A DNA stretch of 32,000 bases from an uncultured Muribaculaceae bacterium (GTDB taxonomy: Bacteria > Pseudomonadota > Alphaproteobacteria > Rs-D84), in assembly GCA_965231035.1 (NCBI GenBank), contig OZ246409.1, positions 451,101 to 483,100 of the forward strand, given 5' to 3'. The position numbers and the translations under genes are program-made. Shown here piece after piece: positions 26,923 through 32,000 of this stretch (its first letter is position 1; each line of letters begins with the position of its first letter). Under the pieces are notes generated by a model. That model did not search any database and was not told the origin of the DNA. It worked only from the letters and a program-made list of their open reading frames with translations.

Positions 26923-28257
26923 TTATTCGCTTAAATAATTTCTTAACGCATCGCCAGACAATGGTGCAGCAGGTTCGTCAGAATTTGTTGTACTTGCTAT
27001 AGATATAACGCGTGGGCTCATAAACACAACTAATTCTGCAAATGGTGATATCAATGTTTCAGGTGTTGTAACAAATGAATGTGTTGGAATACCAATAATC
27101 ACATAATTGTCACCCAATGTGCTGGGAATTTTGAAAGATGATAATTCACCGACACTAGTACGCAAAACAATTTTTGCATCAATCTTTTTTGCACCAGCAT
27201 AATTTCCATATTTTCCGGATGCTCCAATCGTTAAATCTGTTTCCAGCCTATCTTCTTTACCACACTGTCCAATATCAAATCTGGACTGCCATCCGTTTGG
27301 AATCACAAAAGTTCCCTGGGATATTAAAACCACATTACCCTGTTGTGACAAGAAGGCCTGTAATGTTTTTGTGTTAATTTCTGGGCTGACCACCAATGTT
27401 CTTCCGACTACACCTGGGATTGACATTTTTACATTCTTATCCCCAAAGGCCGGTAATATATTCATCCAAACAATTGGATTGTCTGTGCGTGGGTATACAC
27501 GGTATACGTCAATATCCCATGCAATCATATATTTTTTTGACCCTACATCAGACACTATTTTTGAAACCTCGCGTTCTGTTTGATAATTTCCTTCAAATGA
27601 AACTGTTTTGTCTTCCCAATCAACTAACAGGTTTCGCATATCTGTACCATGCATAGCATCCAACAAAGCCATAATTATATTTTCATCTTTTGGCATTTTC
27701 ATCAGCCATTTTGCATGACTGGATAAATGAATTTCGTGCGCATCATCGTCATAGGAATAATAAGCCTTACCCATTTTCGTAATCAACTCTAAAGAATCAG
27801 CCAATGATCCGGCCTGAATTGATCCTGTTATTTGTTGTGGTAAACTTTCATCTGCAATGACTGCAATATCTGTACCATCCAACAGTTTATCCAAGGTTTG
27901 TTTTATAGTCAGTTTTTTGAATTCATAATTTGATACATTAAATGCAGGCAAATCGTCACCTGTATCTAGGCGAACTATTTCAATTTTTTCTTCGGGCACA
28001 ACAGATAAAACGTTCTGGTTATTCCAATCAACTTCACAGCGCTTTGGTAATTCAATAGAAAAACGACGTGCAGTATCAGTTGTCAGAGCCGCCTTTTTTG
28101 GGAAAATAGGAACCGAGTTTTCATCAATTACCATATTTTCAGTTACGTTAACTGTTTGGTATTGTTGCTGATTTTGCTTTTGGATACACCCAGTTAAGCC
28201 AATCAAAACAAAGAATGCTAAAAACAAATTTGAAATTTTTAAATTATTTTTTTTCAT
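26923..28257 (-). CDS. Outer-membrane lipoprotein of unknown function with a degenerate secretin-like layout (tentative)
   Basis: 444 aa. Signal peptide plus lipobox LTGC (Cys24). Residues ~115-178 resemble an STN/secretin-N module. Residues ~245-418 follow the order of secretin C-domain landmarks and end in AELVVFMSPRVI. The stop lies 12 nt before the lolC ATG. Motif-level call only. Confidence 0.35.
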   Translation of the reverse strand: MKKNNLKISNLFLAFFVLIGLTGCIQKQNQQQYQTVNVTENMVIDENSVPIFPKKAALTTDTARRFSIELPKRCEVDWNNQNVLSVVPEEKIEIVRLDTGDDLPAFNVSNYEFKKLTIKQTLDKLLDGTDIAVIADESLPQQITGSIQAGSLADSLELITKMGKAYYSYDDDAHEIHLSSHAKWLMKMPKDENIIMALLDAMHGTDMRNLLVDWEDKTVSFEGNYQTEREVSKIVSDVGSKKYMIAWDIDVYRVYPRTDNPIVWMNILPAFGDKNVKMSIPGVVGRTLVVSPEINTKTLQAFLSQQGNVVLISQGTFVIPNGWQSRFDIGQCGKEDRLETDLTIGASGKYGNYAGAKKIDAKIVLRTSVGELSSFKIPSTLGDNYVIIGIPTHSFVTTPETLISPFAELVVFMSPRVISIASTTNSDEPAAPLSGDALRNYLSE

Positions 28258-28270
28258 ATTTTTTGTATCC

Positions 28271-28618
28271 TTAGATGTTCATTATTTTTTCGAATTCTTC
28301 CAAAGTCATTTCATAAATAGGTTTTTGTGTCGGTGTTGTAAGACCTTTGACCTTTTCATATTGTTGGGCAAACTTATCTATGACTGCGGAAACTTCCGGA
28401 GTTACAGACACTTCTTTTTTTAACCTGTTTCCGTATTCTGTGATAAACTCTAAAACATCGGCCGCAAAGAATCTCCCGACATAATTTTCTATTGCAATTC
28501 CACCCTTTTGAACACATATAGCCGACATAACCGTGGTCAGCTGATTATAGAAATTTGCCATCTGTATAAAATTATCAACATTATTTGCCATGTACCCTAT
28601 CCTCTCTCTTTCATGCAT
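28271..28618 (-). CDS. Hypothetical small cytoplasmic protein, first gene of the lolCD-containing operon
   Basis: ORF of 115 codons. ATG 28591 (106 aa, MANNVDNF...) has a good AGGA SD 8 nt upstream and is the likelier start. No signal peptide. Predicted mostly helical by composition. No family recognised. Confidence 0.5.
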   Translation of the reverse strand: MHERERIGYMANNVDNFIQMANFYNQLTTVMSAICVQKGGIAIENYVGRFFAADVLEFITEYGNRLKKEVSVTPEVSAVIDKFAQQYEKVKGLTTPTQKPIYEMTLEEFEKIMNI

Positions 28619-28629
28619 TATAAAAACTA

Positions 28630-28658
28630 TTGCCCTGCTTTGGCAATTAAATTATAAT
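28630..28658 (+). promoter_or_regulatory. Candidate sigma70-type promoter positioned to give a leaderless mRNA for the 126-aa lipoprotein gene
   Basis: TTGCCC (28630-28635), 17-nt spacer, consensus TATAAT (28653-28658). The ATG at 28666 begins 7 nt after the -10 hexamer, and no SD is present. Confidence 0.4.
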
Positions 28659-28665
28659 GTAATTC

Positions 28666-29046
28666 ATGAGATTTAGATACTTACCTTTATTACTTATTTT
28701 GGCCGCTTGTGCATCTGCAAATACTGGAAGTATTGATGACGCAACTGTACTGAATTGGGAAAACGAAGCTGTAACCATTGAACAATTTATTCGCGACCAT
28801 AAAAATTGTCTGGGTGTAACTGCATCCGCTCACCAACCTCGCAGCAGAATCGCTAAGCTTTTGGCACCAAATCAGAGCGGACAAATGCCAGATTGGGACG
28901 GTTTATGGGTAACATTCCAGTCAAATGAATATTCTGATGTTGGCCAAAGGGTTTTGATGTCAATTCCTCCTAATTCCAGTTCTAAATCCGTTGGTTCATA
29001 CCGTAAATGTATGTTCAGACGCGGATATTTATTGCGCGCTAGTTAA
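28666..29046 (+). CDS. Small lipoprotein of unknown function
   Basis: 126 aa. Signal peptide MRFRYLPLLLILAAC with lipobox LAAC (Cys15), plus two further Cys (C48, C115). No family recognised. Confidence 0.55.
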   Translation: MRFRYLPLLLILAACASANTGSIDDATVLNWENEAVTIEQFIRDHKNCLGVTASAHQPRSRIAKLLAPNQSGQMPDWDGLWVTFQSNEYSDVGQRVLMSIPPNSSSKSVGSYRKCMFRRGYLLRAS

Positions 29047-29079
29047 TTTTCAGCCTGCACTTTTTTCTTATACCGTTTT

Positions 29080-29088
29080 GTGATATAA
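29080..29088 (+). promoter_or_regulatory. Extended -10 element (TGnTATAAT) upstream of ftsQ
   Basis: TGATATAAT at 29080-29088. The ftsQ ATG (29097) begins 8 nt after the hexamer, and no SD lies between them. Confidence 0.35.
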
Positions 29089-29096
29089 TTAGATTC

Positions 29097-29777
29097 ATGA
29101 AAAAGTCATTTTGGTTTTGGCTGTCTTTTGTTGTTGCTATTATTTTGGCAATATACTTTGCCACAAGGGTTATTATGGTGTCTTTGGGCCATGGAAACAG
29201 TGCAACTGTAAAATCTATTTCTGTTTCTGCTGATCTGGACAACAGGAATTTAACCATGCTGGCCAGTGCAGCTGGTATAACACCGGGAACTAATTCTTAT
29301 TCTTTGAACCTGGGTGAAATTAATACACGTGTTGCCAGTGTTCCAGATGTTAAAGAATCCGCAGTCCGCAGATTACCGAATGGAAATCTGGCTATCAAGG
29401 TTAAGTTACATAAAATCATCGCAATTTGGACAGATGGACAAACAATGTATCCATTGTCGGCTGATGGCACAATTATTAAACGATCAATTGATCAAAAACC
29501 ACAAAATATAATTGTTTTTCGTGGGGATTTGCCATCTGATATAATCGAAATCAACAAAGCAGTTCAAACGCTTGCCAAAGACATAAATTATATGGAATGG
29601 GTTGAAAATCGCCGTTGGAACATACATACAAACAACGATACTATTATCTTATTACCAGAAGAAAATCCTTATTCCGCTATAACCAGCCTGATGACCTTGG
29701 ACAAGAATAAAAAAATACTTTCGAAAAAGATACATATTCTGGATATGCGTGATCCTGCCAGAATATTGGTTCGATAA
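29097..29777 (+). CDS. ftsQ: Cell division protein FtsQ
   Basis: 226 aa. Short cytoplasmic N-terminus, single TM helix (FWFWLSFVVAIILAIYFA), POTRA-like segment (VKSISVSA...VPDVKESAVRRLPNGNLAIKVKLHKIIAIW). Lies immediately upstream of ftsA. Confidence 0.7.
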   Translation: MKKSFWFWLSFVVAIILAIYFATRVIMVSLGHGNSATVKSISVSADLDNRNLTMLASAAGITPGTNSYSLNLGEINTRVASVPDVKESAVRRLPNGNLAIKVKLHKIIAIWTDGQTMYPLSADGTIIKRSIDQKPQNIIVFRGDLPSDIIEINKAVQTLAKDINYMEWVENRRWNIHTNNDTIILLPEENPYSAITSLMTLDKNKKILSKKIHILDMRDPARILVR

Positions 29778-29816
29778 TAGCTTGTAAACTTTTATCGCAA
29801 GACATGTGGTGATTTT

Positions 29817-31589
29817 ATGAATTTGTTTGATTCATCTTTTTTGTGTCTTGATATTGGCAGCAACACTGTTCGCGGCATTGCACATCGAATACGCTCTGGA
29901 AAAATAACCAAATCTGCAATTCACAGTGTCGAAAGCGATGATACAGTCTTTGCAATCAAAACTGTTATTGATGAAATGGAACGTCAATTAGGCGTACGTT
30001 TTGATTCTGCTTATATAACTGGAAATTTTGGAAACTCTAATTTTGAGATGATTGCAAAAAGTACCGTATGGAATGGTGATCATAAAATTACAGAATCAGA
30101 TGTAAGATATCAAATAAGTCAAATTACCCCAAATGCAGAATTTTATCCAATGCACATTGTACCGCTACGTTATGATACTTCGCATGCCAGAAATTTATTA
30201 ACCCCTATTGGACATACAGACAAACAATTAATTTCTATTTTTGGGGTAGTAAGTTATGAAAATGAAAGACTGAACACAATATTATCCCAGCTTCGCAGTG
30301 CACATATCCAAGTCGAAAATATGTTTGATCCATCTTTTATATTGGATACTGCATTGCGCGATTCAAAACAATCTGTTTTGTTTATGGATATGGGCGCAGA
30401 ATTCACCAGTATTTCAATCTGGACTGGACGTGGACCGGTATTTTTCGAAAAGATTCCCAAGGGTCAGGATTTTATAACAAAAACAATTGCCAGTGAATTA
30501 AATATAAAGATAAAAGATGCCGTTAAAATCAAACACCAGGTTGCCAGCGTAATTGCTAGTGAAATGGACAGATTTACCCCTGCTGATACTTTGTATGATT
30601 TTTCGCGTGCTGATTTGAATGAAATAATACTTCCGACATTATCAGATATTGTTGAAACAGTCAGCGAATCTTTGGAAACAGCTATTTCAAAATATAACCC
30701 TTGTAAAATATTCCTTTCTGGCGGTGGTGCATGTATCCAAGGAATCGAAGAAATGGTCACAGATACATTTGGAATAGAAACACAAAATATTGGATCAGAT
30801 GCGGTTATACGTGCACTTTCGGATTATGTTTGGAAACAAGAATCTGGACATGTAAAAGCTTTCTTGGACCGACATGAAAAATGGCAGAACACTTTTGCAA
30901 AGGTATTAAATAAATTCAAAAAGAATAAAAACAAAGGAACCAGATTTATTCCAATAATGCCCAGCACATTGGCGTTTGATATGAAAAGCAAAGAAACTTA
31001 TGAACTTTTCAAATCTGGCGGAATTTCAATGATTCATGTTGATATTATGGATGGTTTTTTTGTGGATCGTATTGCCGGTGGAATTGAAGAATTGAAAACC
31101 ATACGTGAAAACACTCACTCTCATCTGCATGTTCATTTGATGACGGAAAGCCCTGCTGCTTGGGCGGCTGCGGCTGCAAATGCAGGTGCAGATACAATAA
31201 TTGTATCAACAAATACTGCGGGTGTTCGTGCTGCACTTCGTCAAATAAAAGAAATGGGCAAAAGATCTGGAATTGCACTAAATCCGGAAAGTCCTGTTGA
31301 AATATTAAAACCAATATTAAAAGAAATTGATGAAGTTTTGATAATGTCTGTCAGACCTGGTGCAGGCGGACAAGAATTTAATGAAAATATTCTAAGAAAA
31401 ATCTCTGTTTTGGCAAACACCAGAAAACGGTTTGGATTAAAATTCAAAATATCCGTAGACGGTGGAATTACACCTGGTGCAGCTGAATTTTGCTGGCGCG
31501 CTGGTGCAGACTTTTTGGTCAGTGGAACATACCTATCTGAAAGTCATGATTTCCCGTTGGCAGTACAAAGTCTTTTACACAAAGAATAA
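29817..31589 (+). CDS. FtsA fused in frame to ribulose-phosphate 3-epimerase (Rpe)
   Basis: 590 aa uninterrupted. Residues 1-~345 are FtsA-like (FLCLDIGSNTVRGIA; LFMDMGAEFTSISIW...IPKGQDFITKTIA; KIFLSGGGACIQGIEEM). Residues ~352-367 form an amphipathic segment, KWQNTFAKVLNKFKK. Residues ~378-590 are Rpe (MIHVDIMDG, HVHLM, MSVRPGAGGQ, SVDGGI). Confidence 0.8.
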   Translation: MNLFDSSFLCLDIGSNTVRGIAHRIRSGKITKSAIHSVESDDTVFAIKTVIDEMERQLGVRFDSAYITGNFGNSNFEMIAKSTVWNGDHKITESDVRYQISQITPNAEFYPMHIVPLRYDTSHARNLLTPIGHTDKQLISIFGVVSYENERLNTILSQLRSAHIQVENMFDPSFILDTALRDSKQSVLFMDMGAEFTSISIWTGRGPVFFEKIPKGQDFITKTIASELNIKIKDAVKIKHQVASVIASEMDRFTPADTLYDFSRADLNEIILPTLSDIVETVSESLETAISKYNPCKIFLSGGGACIQGIEEMVTDTFGIETQNIGSDAVIRALSDYVWKQESGHVKAFLDRHEKWQNTFAKVLNKFKKNKNKGTRFIPIMPSTLAFDMKSKETYELFKSGGISMIHVDIMDGFFVDRIAGGIEELKTIRENTHSHLHVHLMTESPAAWAAAAANAGADTIIVSTNTAGVRAALRQIKEMGKRSGIALNPESPVEILKPILKEIDEVLIMSVRPGAGGQEFNENILRKISVLANTRKRFGLKFKISVDGGITPGAAEFCWRAGADFLVSGTYLSESHDFPLAVQSLLHKE

Positions 31590-31591
31590 AT

Positions 31592-31987
31592 CTATTTTAT
31601 TATAATTTTTCTGCCGTCACCAAATTCTTCTATGAAAATATGAATTGTGTTTTTTGGTAACTTATCTTCTGCTATTTCTGGCCATTCAATTAATGTAATA
31701 TCATTTTCAATTGCATACATCAGACCAATCTCTTCCAGTTCTGATGGATCATTTATTCGATATAAATCAAAGTGCGATATTCCATCGTAATTTTGCACCA
31801 GAGTAAATGTAGGACTGGGGACTATTGTATCAGACCCACGTAAAGTTTGAATTATTGTGCGTGCAATTTCAGATTTTCCCATACCAAGGTTTCCATGCAA
31901 TGCGACAGTTTGTGGCGCATGCAAGGTTTTTGCAAAATCATGTGCCCAATTTCTTGTTTCATCAATGTTTTTTAAAATCTTTTCCAT
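31592..31987 (-). CDS. tsaE: tRNA threonylcarbamoyladenosine biosynthesis protein TsaE
   Basis: 131 aa. VALHGNLGMGKSEIARTII P-loop, SPTFTLVQNY and HFDLYRI motifs typical of TsaE/YjeE. The stop lies 2 nt from the convergent ftsA-rpe stop. Confidence 0.85.
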   Translation of the reverse strand: MEKILKNIDETRNWAHDFAKTLHAPQTVALHGNLGMGKSEIARTIIQTLRGSDTIVPSPTFTLVQNYDGISHFDLYRINDPSELEEIGLMYAIENDITLIEWPEIAEDKLPKNTIHIFIEEFGDGRKIIIK

Positions 31988-32000
31988 TTATTACCCCAAT

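Noticed and set aside
30957-31589. Independent Rpe gene starting at the in-frame ATG 30957 inside the 590-aa ORF.
   Set aside because: It is not called as a separate feature because no stop codon precedes it in frame, and the nearest AGGA is 18 nt upstream (poor SD spacing). The possibility is kept open in the findings.
1-32000. Scanned for CRISPR-like spaced repeats, IS or transposon inverted repeats, integrase or phage genes next to the tRNAs, and known defence-system signatures.
   Set aside because: I found no periodic repeat array, transposase, integrase or recombinase ORF, and no att-like duplication of the tRNA 3' ends. All larger ORFs are accounted for by the features listed.

Overview
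Visibly AT-rich, gene-dense chromosomal segment. Many neighbouring genes overlap by 1-14 bp, and several convergent genes share or abut their stop codons. Gene content looks alphaproteobacterial (alpha-type AddB, DciA/DUF721, SecB, LolCD, LpoA-like lipoprotein divergent from rsmI). A host-associated or streamlined genome is my inference only. Most of the window is housekeeping: serS, typA, recA, secB, mltA, ruvC, yebC, ruvA, mnmE, an acyl-CoA ligase, xth, addB, engB, rsmI, tRNA-Gly, tRNA-Tyr, lolD, lolC/E, ftsQ, ftsA, tsaE. I found no CRISPR array, transposase, integrase, phage gene or rRNA. Transcription units are delimited by six GC-rich hairpins, most flanked by both an A-tract and a T-tract.

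Regions that housekeeping does not explain:
- An operon (28618 to 24941, minus strand) in which a small unknown protein and a 444-aa lipoprotein with a degenerate secretin-like layout sit directly upstream of lolC-lolD. No pilus or secretion partners are present. This is my best candidate for an undescribed system.
- One 590-aa ORF fusing FtsA, including what looks like its membrane-targeting amphipathic helix, to a ribulose-phosphate 3-epimerase domain. The fusion depends on the reading frame across an A-rich linker.
- A five-gene island of glycosyltransferases only, wedged between typA and recA and translationally coupled to both.
- A rearranged ruv locus with an orphan ORF between yebC and ruvC, and no ruvB after ruvA.
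- An AddB that keeps its nuclease motif but appears to have lost the CX2CX5C iron-staple cysteines, with no adjacent addA.
- The C-terminal tail of a B12-dependent RNR next to a PduO-type adenosyltransferase.

All functional calls rest on motif recognition by eye. No database search or HMM was run.
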